DNA of 63,951 nucleotides, filler included, from Collodictyon triciliatum (lineage: Eukaryota): assembly GCA_043381765.1 (NCBI GenBank). It is 7 parts of 7 records of this genome, joined end to end, with 100 filler letters (N's around TTAATTAATTAA, not from the genome) between each part and the next. Parts side by side here need not be neighbours in the genome. Positions count along the whole stretch, not along the records: positions 18,632 to 27,843 come from JBHJMP010003111.1; positions 27,944 to 37,155 come from JBHJMP010003112.1; 5 more parts are not named here. One strand, 5' to 3'. The translations under genes were made by a program, and so were the position numbers. The notes under the pieces were generated by a model, which had not been told where the DNA came from, did no database searches, and saw only the letters and a list, made by a program, of their open reading frames with translations. This document shows positions 19,340-31,100 of this stretch, in pieces (within the stretch, counting starts at the first letter, position 1; each line of letters starts with the position of its first letter).

Positions 19340-22300
19340 CTAAAGAGGGATTGGTGCACTCTCGGTAAATATTGTCAATTCTTTCTCTTTCTTCAATCCT
19401 TCCCATTTGTTCCTTGCGCAAATGAATAGTGAATGACTCACCACAGCCTTAAATAGAGGCTCTGCTAGTCTCTCTATTTTTCCAATGAAGGAAATGATTA
19501 ACGCCGGGCCGGCCTTGTACAAAAAAACTATTGCAATCAACCCATTGGACATAGCAACAAGGGCAACGAGTAAATATTCGGCAAAAATACTCAGATCTGA
19601 ATAGCGAAACAAAAGACTTGTCATCAACGTAAAATATAGGACAGATGTTGACCACATATGAGATTTCTTTAGGACTTTTGACATAAATGGCTTGAAATAA
19701 ATTGACGACGTAAAACTCAAAGTCAAAATCCATGAACCGAAGTAAATTTGCGAAGATGGAGAGAACAATATACCAACAATAACAACAAGCAGCTTTTGCA
19801 TCATCGTTACCATTTCCCAATAGTAACATCTTTCGTTGTACCCATCGACCAAAAATCGAAGCAAATTGTATGTATTAGACGTAGGATTTAGTAGTGACGA
19901 CCTTTTGTGAAACATATACGCAGCGAGAAACAGCGGGCCACCGAAGCAATACATAATCATGTAAGCCATGCATACATTTTTCCAAATCAAATAAGTGGCG
20001 TCAGTGCACATTATTGACATGTCAACCTTCAAATAACTTTCATTACCCAACTGTACACAAACAAATATATTTGATATTGATGATGCAATTGTTGGATGAA
20101 CAAATATGAGCATCACCAGCATCGAGAATATAAATTCTTGGTTCATATTGTAAACTGTTACATGTTTCCTATCAATTTGATTGGTTTTTAATCTCCACAG
20201 AGTCTTTACAGTGACCTCTATCGAAACGACGATAGTCAAAGCTAGTGGTGTAGCCATTGCAAACAAGACTTTATCGTATATATTCATGTCGAACTGACAT
20301 TCTGTTGTATAATTTTCTAACGATAGAGAAAACGATAAAAGGCTTGGAATGTTCATTACAGAGATAATAGTCGAGCTCCAGTCAACATCAAAGTTGGCTA
20401 GATAGGATAGAATCTGAAAATGTGTCGAAAGTGTCTTCAAAATTTGAATACTGCCAGTTTTTGGTTGCCTTGACTGCTCTATCATGTAAAAAGCAAATGC
20501 AAGAGGAAATATGATACTCAGAATGACCAAAAATACATTCACGCCTCTTGATGCGCATTTTATGCAGAAACTACCACCTGCTTTGCCGTAGCCTTCATCA
20601 CAGAAACTACACAAAATCCCGGTGTATCCATCGGCACAAGTATTGTTCTCTCCTCCCACGCAAGCATTTTCATTTAGACACTTGTATGCAATATAATCTT
20701 CAGTAGAACTTGTAGCTTGCCAATATCCGGTAGAAATAGATGGCTTTTCTGTACCATCACATACAAACCCTTTCGGACATTCTTTGCACAAAGCAGACTT
20801 TGGATCTAAATATGTAGAGCGGAAACACAAACAATCTTTTATAGTGTCCGATCCTATTTTACCTCCATTCCACCCGCTCGCGCATACAGTGCAGCTTGTG
20901 CCAAATCCTACACTGAAGCTTCCAGACGGGCATGGTGTGCATGTCTTCAGGGTAGAATTATAGGAGCCACCAGCACAAACTTCCCAGATTTTAATTGTGT
21001 TATCATGATCTCCAGAAATGATTTTAGAACCATCAAGAGTAACAGCAACACTGTAAACAACACTAGTATGACCAGTCAATTTTCGAATCAACGCTCCATC
21101 AGAAAGATTCCATATCTTAATTGTATAATCAGCACCTCCAGAAATGATTTTAGAACCATCAGGAGTAACAGCAACACTGTTAACACCATCAATATGACCA
21201 ATGAATGAGCGAATCATAGCTCCATCAGAAAGATTCCAAAGTATAATTGTTTCATCTTTACTTCCAGAAATGATTTTAGAACCATCAAGAGTAACAGCAA
21301 CATTGGTAACACTACTACTATGACCAGTCAATGTGCGAATCATATTTCCATCAGAAAGATTCCAAAGTATAATTGTCCAATCCCAACTTCCGGAAACAAT
21401 TTTGGTGCTGTCAGGAGTAACAGCAACACTGCAAACAACACTAGTGTGACCAATCAATTTGCGAATCAAAGCTCCATCAGAAAGATTCCAAAGTATGATT
21501 GTTCTATCATAGCTCCCTGAAACGATTTTTGAACCATCAGGAGTAACAGCAACACTGTAAACAACACTAGTATGACCAGTCAATTTTCGAATCATATTTC
21601 CATCAGAAAGATTCCAAAGTATAATTGTCCAATCCCAACTTCCGGAAACAATTTTGGTGCTGTCAGGAGTAACAGCAACACTGTAAACATAACTAGTATG
21701 ACCATTCAGTGTGCGAATCAAAGTTCCATCAGAAAGATTCCAAATTATAATTGTCCGATCCCAACTTCCTGAAACGATTTTTGAACCATCAGGAGTAACA
21801 GCAACACTGTAAACAACACTACTATGACCAGTCAATGTGCGAATCATATTTCCATCAGAAAGATTCCAAGTTATAATTGTCCGATCCCAACTTCCTGAAA
21901 CGATTTTTAAACCGTCAGGAGTAACAGCAACACTGCGCACCAATTCAGTATGACCAGTGAGTGTGCGAATCAAAGCTCCATCAGAAATATTCCACATCTT
22001 GATTGAGTAATCAACATAATAATAATGATCTCCATCTGCAGAAATAATTTTGGTGCCGTCAGGAGTAACAGCAACACTGAATACATTTCCGGGAGTTGCT
22101 AAAATCTGAATCAAAGCTCCATCAGGAAGATTCCAAATTATGATTGTTCTCTCATAACCTCCAGAAATAATTTTTGAGCCATCAGGAGTAACAGCAACAC
22201 TGAAAACATAACTATTATGCCCAATCAATGTGCGAATCATATTTCCATCATAAATGTTCCAAATTTTGATTGTAAAATCATCACTTCCAGAAATAATTTT

Positions 22301-22924
22301 TGAACCATCAGGAGTGACAGCAACACTGTAAACATAACTATTATGCCCAATCAATGTGCGAATCAACGCTCCATCAGAGAGTCTCCATATCTTAATTGTA
22401 CAATCAGCACTTCCAGAGATGATTATTGAATCATCAGGGGTAATAGCAACACTTTCAATGGCATCAGTGTGTCCATTCATTGTGTTAACCAAAGCCCCAT
22501 TAGAAAGATTCCACACTTTGATTGTACTGTCATCACTTCCAGAAATGATTTTTGAGCCATCAGGAGTAATAGCAACGCTCCTTATAGTATCACTGTGACT
22601 AGTCAACACTCGGTCCAAAGCTCCATTAGAAAGATTCCAAACTTTGATTGTACTGTCATCACTTCCAGAAATGATTTTTGAACTATCAGGGGTAATAGCA
22701 ACACTGTGCACAACTCCAGGACTCCCTATGCTACGAATCAGAAAATCGTCTTGCCCTTCAACTGGGCAAACATGGCAGAGGGGCACCATTCCTGAAAAAA
22801 AAAGCGGTTACTATATTTCATTGAAGTTTTAAGTTTAATACAGGTGATAATTCCTACTTTCTGCAATATGATAAAACAAACCTAAAAGTAAAATGGCCGC
22901 AACAAGTTCTAAATTCCACTCCAT
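19340..22924 (-). CDS. Receptor-like protein: signal peptide, 14 WD40 repeats, Cys-rich (GCC2/GCC3-like) linker, multi-pass TM domain
   Basis: 1149-aa ORF with 14 mostly 42-aa GH...SVAVTPDG...W repeats, CxxCPxG modules (CADGYTGILCSFC) and about 8-9 hydrophobic segments. A short upstream exon (22924-22858, MEWNLELVAAILLLGLFYHIAE) splices in frame through one GT-AG intron. Confidence 0.88.
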
Positions 22925-25900
22925 ACTGATAGTAAAAGTATTGCTACCAAAAATTGAAGTCATCATTTTAATAGCGCCAATTTTTTATATCAATTTTAGT
23001 TTTTTATATCAATTTTTTTGCATTGTTCACAACTCTAATTTATTAACAAAAACTTCTTTTTTTTATCAATTCATAAAGAAATATCTCAATCAAAATTTAG
23101 TATTTAATACTATCGTGAAAAATTCAGATGAGGCTCTTGCAGGATATATTTCATGATTCACATTATATTTTATGGTATTCAGTGTAACCAAATTTATTTC
23201 TTGAAGGAAAAATACCGAAAATATTAAATATAATTTCAACAATTGATCATATAATTGGCACCACAGTTACAAATTTATTATCATGTAATTAAATTAAATT
23301 TCAAATACCAAAACACTTTAAACACGTGATCAAAATGAAAATAATATCTTGAGAGAAGGTATCTCGGATTATTTGATAGTATTTTTGATAGAAAATAAGA
23401 TTATTTATTTAACAAAGTGAAGTATACTCAACAGATCATTTATAAATTTTCAAGTGTCAAGGCTCCCCAAAAATACATATCAAAATTAAATTCGTCGGAA
23501 TGATAAAGGTATTTGTAAAAAATGGAACTAATTTACAACAATTATTTGAATATTTTTATCTGTAATTATTAAAAATATATTCAAGGTGCATGTCCATAGT
23601 TTGAGGTTTTGGGTAGTCAACCAATAATGCCAAATATCAGAATTCAAAAAAAGTAAAATTATTTACACATCGTTATTTGATACCTTCGATTAGTCAATCA
23701 AAGTCAATGTAATATTTTCTAAAAAAAATTAGAGAACAGTTTTTTACGTAGATTGTAATGATTCATTTGAATGATTTTTGTCAATTCTAGGGATAAACGA
23801 GCATCTTTTTCTCCCTCGAATGATAGAGCAGATATCATACGATAATTAACAATAAATAACGATGAGGGTTTGTATCAAAATACAAATTTGCACGAATAGA
23901 ATGAAATATTGATGTTAATCAATATAAGGTATTGAAAGTAACGATATTAGCGAAAATTTTAAAAATAATTTATAAGCGTATAGATGAAGAAAGTCAATCA
24001 AATGAGCACCGAAAATCAAAAATTCTTTTAAAAAAGTGCTATGTAGTTCCATCATTGACAAATCGTGCGTAATAAAATCTACATCATTTTCTTGAAATAT
24101 TTTTACTGCGTAATCAGCTATATTCTTGAAAATAAAAAATTATGCTGTGATTAATAATTTGTAGATTATCTCCGTGTAAATTTCTGAAATTATGGAAAAT
24201 AAATGAAGATTGTTTGTGAAATTAATATTCATCATCAAAATAAAATATGTCCGGTTAAGATGTATTGAAATGGTTATTAGTTATATGTTAAATTAATGAA
24301 TCAAAGTATGATTACGCTCAAATCCTTCAATTTTTGAATAATAATCAGATTGGATATTACAAGCCAGGATAACTTGTGATTGTTTTGTCATTAGCCTCGG
24401 GGGGAAATTTGGTATCGGATTGGATCCAGGTCAGGGCCTCTGGAAGTTGCAGCTCTTGAGATTTGTAATTATTCTCAACCCACTCTGGTGCATTGTGATG
24501 AGCCATGAATCCAGCTTCCATATCCAGCGGGCCAGCATCCTTATCCGACACGCTTCACTACTTTTATCCAAGGCACAAAGAATGTCGCCGAACTATAAAA
24601 ATTTTTTAAAAAAACTTTCCTTCCCTTGAATCAAATAAAGGAAAAAAAGCTTGTGAGTGTTTTTCTGAGAAAGTTACTCGTTTCTTTGAATTGCAACCAT
24701 ACCATGTGTATGGAAGAGGGTATCGATGCTAATTTTATGGTTCATTGCTAGTCAAATAAAAGTTTCTTTTAGGACATTCTAAATATTTTAACTGATATGT
24801 AAGACAAATAGTTTCTCTTTGTTGAAAATTAATATACACTTATGTTATTTCCTCACTCTTGATGAAATTTTCATTTCATCTAGACAACAACTAGATACTC
24901 ACATTGAAATTAACCTATTATGAAATATTTATTACTAAAGAAAAAGTGCGATTTAGCTTTTTTCTTCTCCTTTTTACTGCATTGAATGGCTCAGATGGAG
25001 AAAGGATCAAGTGAATCATCTAACTACGACTATAGACAGCGTCTGCATGCATCGAATAAATGCTTGAAATTTAGAATGAGTTCAATTAGTTAAAATATAA
25101 ATATATTTCATTATTTAACAAACTCTTTGCACTTAATTTTGAACATTATGAGTGCCAGTTCAATATAGAAATATATCTTGATGATATAATTTAAATAGTC
25201 TTCCTAGAATAATCAAATTTTAATGTAAGAGCGTTGATTATCATCTTTGTAGGATTAAATCATGAACTGCGACATTGTAATAAATTTGTTTGAATTTACC
25301 TGATTATGTTGAGTATTTTCGTACCTTGTGATAGTGTTATAATCATAAAATCAAAATCAGCCGCTTCATTGGTAAATTCATCAATCTAAAAGAGTTTGTC
25401 AGATATTAGTTCAATCATTCCATTTTACTCAAAAACATGCAGCTAGTCCATACATTTCATCTAGTTTAACCTGTACAATTTCAACACTAGTACGTGTGGG
25501 AATGTTCGTGGTGATTTAGTTAAATGATGGCCCCTCCAATCGATAGTGTGATATCAAATGAAACATGTTATATTGCCAGTGCTACGGACGCATTTTTATC
25601 AAATTAGAATAAACTTTTAATACTTGGATGATAATTTTCGTATATACTCTGTAGCTATTGTACAGAATTATCAATATATAAGGTATTCGTATTTTAATAA
25701 ATATATGTGAATTATTGTGATAAAAGCATGAAATGAAATTTAAATTCTATGTTGGAATATTGTGGTAGCTTTAGAATAAATCATTAGCTTTCAACATATG
25801 AATGATGAAAACAATGAATAAAACGAAAAAGACAAGAGGATAGTGGCAGGGTTAAAGGAATTGAGAAGGGAGCATAAAACGATTAAAAAAATCCTGATAA

Positions 25901-27459
25901 GGTAGTTAAACAAGCAAATATGCATTCAAGACGATTTTGTTTGGCTATGATTCGTTTGTTATCAGGGTAGGAAGGTGGGGTGGGGTTCTGTTGGATTTGT
26001 GAGATAAAAAAAACCAAACAATTAAAGGAGAAAAATTAGCTAATATATGAAATTTTATTACGAAAATTATTGATTATACTTCAGTATAGGTCCTAAACTC
26101 TTATTCGTATTTTCAATTGAAAAAAGTTTTGATAGGTGAGGGATACCGATGTGAACTTCTGGGCTGAAGAGTGCATGACAGTCAAGGGGAGGTTCTGTAT
26201 CATTCAGAAGCTAACTCGTTTTGAACAAGGGTATGGTATATATTTCTGACAGGGTACCAAGTAGCTTCATATACAGATTGTTTGCTTTTCTAACTTTATT
26301 TTTAAGATATATTACTTAAAAATAATAATGGAATAAAACAAGTAATAAAGACAGTAAAGACAAATGAACTCTTCTGGTAAATATCTCATTGGTGCATTCA
26401 TTCATTCTAGGAGATATATCTTTACAAGTTGTAACAATAAAAGACCCTATGGAGTTTATAGGTGGAAGAGCTCCAGATTCAATATTCGTACCAAGATGGC
26501 CTTCACTTGAATCTTAATCACGTCTTGCTTTATAATGAAGACATAGCAGCCACATCAGACAGTACAAAATGCAAAATTCCTATCCTTGAATCTATTAAAC
26601 GATGAAAATAACATTATTGGTAAATTCATGATCAATTTTGTTTGTTTTCTCACGGTTGATAAAGCGAGCGATTCAGAATTAAATTTGACAATTTTATAAG
26701 ATTAAGCTATCCAGAGAATGTGGGCCAGGATGCATTTACTTGGAGCATTAGTAGACTGAAGTTGCCAAAATAAGAAGTTTAGACGTATCAATACAAATAA
26801 TACCAATAAAGTTACATCTTCAATATCAAAAATTGAATTTTGTGATATTGTGGGTAAGTTTGATGAGTCAATATCTGATGTATATGCTTATTTTGATAGA
26901 TCGATTCCTGGGACTAACAGTGCTGGTGCAACTTTCAAATTGAATTGGAAAGGGCGAAACTATCAAAGATGTTATTTTTTTTTGACTTTCAGACTCATAA
27001 ATATAAAGAGAATTTGATTTTTGAAATTATTTATGATAGTAAATATACGGATAAAACCACACTTGCCTTCACTTTATGACATTTCCAAAATTAGAGGCCT
27101 TTAATACAACACTCCTGACCATCTTCCTTCATGTAGTAAATGAAAAAAAAAGCCTCTCCTTGAAGTATTTTCTTCGGCCTTTTCAATCATCGAAACATTG
27201 TATTATCATCAAATAAATGAAACTGAATGTTTTTCGCTCATAGACGCTAAAGAGGTTTTGTCGAAGTTCTGAATGGATTTTTGAATTATTTTTTCTTTTG
27301 TTAACGAAATGCCTCTGTCATTGTGGAGTGATCCTGGTGAGGTATCCCATAGGTGAAGTTGGTTGATTGTAGTCAGGTCTTGCAGTCTCCATGTTATGTT
27401 ATGGTAATACTATGAGAGGAGACACGTGGAAAGAGGCTGAGAAAGATAGTAAACTTCGC

Positions 27460-27574
27460 CTTGTATCCCTCATGCAAGCACAAGACCCAGGCTACAGGCC
27501 AAACCGCAGGATGCAATTCCTGATTACCGACTACTTCTCCGCCACCCGGCCGCCAAGTAGCGTCCATGCAAACG
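27460..27574 (+). repeat. 115-bp direct repeat, copy 2, within a ~246-bp unit bounded by GTTATGGTAATACTAT (27398 and 27644)
   Basis: Direct comparison with 18632-18746. Confidence 0.9.
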
Positions 27575-27741
27575 ATGGCTAGCGAACCAAAGCCAACATT
27601 TCCACCATCCTGCAAAAAATTGAATGGAAGAATAAAAAAAAACGTTATGGTAATACTATTAAAATGTAGCTATGGATTTCCGTCAATTTAAACACAAATG
27701 GTATAAATTATACCCTATCTACAGACAATTTTGAATCGGGG

Positions 27742-27843
<102 letters not shown>

Positions 27844-27943
27844 NNNNNNNNNNNNNNNNNNNNNNNNNNNNNNNNNNNNNNNNNNNNTTAATTAATTAAN
27901 NNNNNNNNNNNNNNNNNNNNNNNNNNNNNNNNNNNNNNNNNNN

Positions 27944-28013
<70 letters not shown>

Positions 28014-28194
28014 GGAGTCTGTGAGCGCCTGCCTTTTTCTTTCTATTCCCCTCTATACTTTTCGCTGCGCTTCCTTGTGCCCTCCCGATAATATCCTTTA
28101 TCTTCTGCTTTCTCAAAAAAAATCCTTTGTTGTTGGGCGTAAGAAACAGGAGGAAGAAGTGGAGGAAAGGAGGATGCTTTGTCCATGTCCTTAC

Positions 28195-31100
28195 CTCGCA
28201 TACTGGTGGTTCCTCCTAAAAGAATGATGTTGCCAGCAATATCGCGGCGATTGTCGATAGCACACTTCCCAATTGCTTGTTTGATGAGGCTTGGAACTCC
28301 TTCATACTCAAGCCCGCCGAGCGATGGTCTGAAAAGCAGCTCAGGAGCACGGAAACAGATATCACCAACCATGTATTTGCGACCTTCATTCAGTAAAAGC
28401 TCGGCTGGCTCACGCTCTCCGGTGCGGTGCTTGATAACTTCGTCTTCATACGAGAGCGCGTTGTAACAGTACCTATGATTTGGTTAGACATGTTAAAGTC
28501 CATCTATTTTCTACGATAAGAAAACCTTTCTTGCTACGAGTAGAAACACGCCTGTGTAAGAATTTTATATGAAAGGCATCGAAGGAGGAAGACTTTTTAT
28601 CTTTGACATTTTAGAAACCTTTCTTTAAAAGGTCGGAGATATTGCTCGATTCGATGGCTGGGCAGAGTGACATTTAACTCCTTGTTCATCAATTGGTAAA
28701 GATACTGGTTAACATGATATCCTCCCAAAGGCGTCGTTGTTGATGCATCTTCGATAATAGTATTCTCATATACAGCAGTAACCTAGAAAAATAAATAAAT
28801 TGGGATTTAAGGAGGGCACTCAATTTCAGAATTATTAACTATTTATTACTAGAATAAAGGGAAATAGATTGGAAATGGATGTCTTTTAGGGGAGGAAAGA
28901 TGACAAGGCATACCGCTGCATCTCGCCAAATAGAAATATGTGAATGTGTTTACGTATTTAACTTAGATGGGGCAGTCTTATACATAAAAGTGATTGTGAT
29001 ATCTCAATAATTCACCGTCGTTGTTGTCCCTATGTCAACTACAAGTCCAGTTGTTTCACCAAACACATACAAAGGAAGATAAGCAGGCTTGTGAACAATA
29101 ACAGAGGGAACTTCAAAGGTTTCGAACAAGATTTGAAGGCAGATAGAAAGGTCTTCGCGTTTGAAGTTTGGTGGCTCGGTCAACAGGACCTGTTTGGGTC
29201 AAAACTTTAATATTTATCTTTTCTAATGAAACCATATTATTATTATTTTTTTTTTGCATCAAATACACACATCAGTTTTGTTTAAGGAAAACATTACTAC
29301 GGGGAGAGGAGGGAAAATAGAACGACTTATGAAACAAAAAAAAACGTAAATTTTAGCTTACATGAATTTATCATATACGCACCTTATGTTCTCTTGGGTC
29401 AACACGGAGAACATTCTTAAAGCAATGATCGTACAGGCTGATGAAAGATTCCCAATCGATTTCACGATTATGACTAAAGATGTGGCTTAGATTGCACTCC
29501 TCCGTCACAAACTGAATGATTACAAAGTTTTATTGTCGTTGCAATGGATGTATCAACGAAAGGAATAAATGCAGTCATGTGATTGTATGTAGTAAATTGC
29601 GACTCATAATTTTTGAATGAAAATAATTCGTCATGGCAAAGAGTTACATGGCTATAGGCATCGTATCCGAAACTCATGGTGTTGTCTTTTCCGGACTTGT
29701 AAAATGCAGAAGGGAAAACATATGCGGGAATTTCATCCTCCGCTAAACCAACCCGAAGATATGCAGCCCCGTTGTCGAATACGATTGGAGATTTCGAGTT
29801 GTGTCTGAGATTATAAAAATGGATATAAAGATAGAAATTGATATTCATGATGCCAGGCAACACACTGTATTTTCAGAAACCGAAAATAAAAAAAAAAAAC
29901 GAGATTAATTATCTTATCACAAAGGAATTTTTAGGGAAAATACGGGAGAGTTTCGTAGAGAGGGAGATAGCTGCAGCTGAGCCTTTTACTATCAACATCC
30001 AGTGCAAGCAATTCGGCGGGTTCATCATCAGTCTCAATTTTACGAGCTGTCTGCTACCAATATTTAAGCAATAAGGGCAAAATGTTTTAAAAGTAATGGG
30101 ATTAAATTAGGTAATTTTTGACGGAAAATTTTGTTAATTTATTTTTTAAGAAAAAAAAAAGAGGGAAGAACTTGACATACAATTTCCATATCCACTTCAT
30201 CCTGACCCTCTTGGACTGGAGAGGCTTCACCCGGCTTGACGATAACTAATGTCAGAGATAATAGAATGTTTATAAATGCTAAAAAATGACTCTATGAGCC
30301 AGAAGGAAACAGCATGTTATGTATCATAGAGTGTTTTTTTTTTTTTTTTTTGCCATAGCATTATAATAGAATGAGGGTAGGGACGTTAAATTGGTAAATG
30401 AAGATGACAAAAGGGATATGTTGCTGGCTTTACTTGATCGGAGACTTTCTTGTCTCTTTATCAAGGCTTGAAGGGCAGCTTTTGATGTCTCAAATATATC
30501 ATTTTTCCATAGCTTCGCTTGACTCTCATCGGAAGCTTGGAAAGTGAGTTTCTGCGCAATAGAGGAGGAAATATGTTATTTGAAATAATTCTCTTCGACC
30601 AGTATTTACACACATCCTCAAAATGGATGCACACGTCAAGCAAGGTATAAATAAATAACAATAATAGACTAAGTAGTAGTAGTAGTAGTAGTAGTAGTAN
30701 NNNNNNNNNNNNNNNNNNNNNNNNNNNNNNNNNNNNNNNNNNNNNNNNNNNNNNNNNNNNNNNNNNNNNNNNNNNNNNNNNNNNNNNNNNNNNNNNNNNN
30801 NNNNNNNNNNNNNNNNNNNNNNNNNNNNNNNNNNNNNNNNNNNNNNNNNNNNNNNNNNNNNNNNNNNNNNNNNNNNNNNNNNNNNNNNNNNNNNNNNNNN
30901 NNNNNNNNNNNNNNNNNNNNNNNNNNNNNNNNNNNNNNNNNNNNNNNNNNNNNNNNNNNNNNNNNNNNNNNNNNNNNNNNNNNNNNNNNNNNNNNNNNNN
31001 NNNNNNNNNNNNNNNNNNNNNNNNNNNNNNNNNNNNNNNNNNNNNNNNNNNNNNNNNNNNNNNNNNNNNNNNNNNNNNNNNNNNNNNNNNNNNNNNNNNN

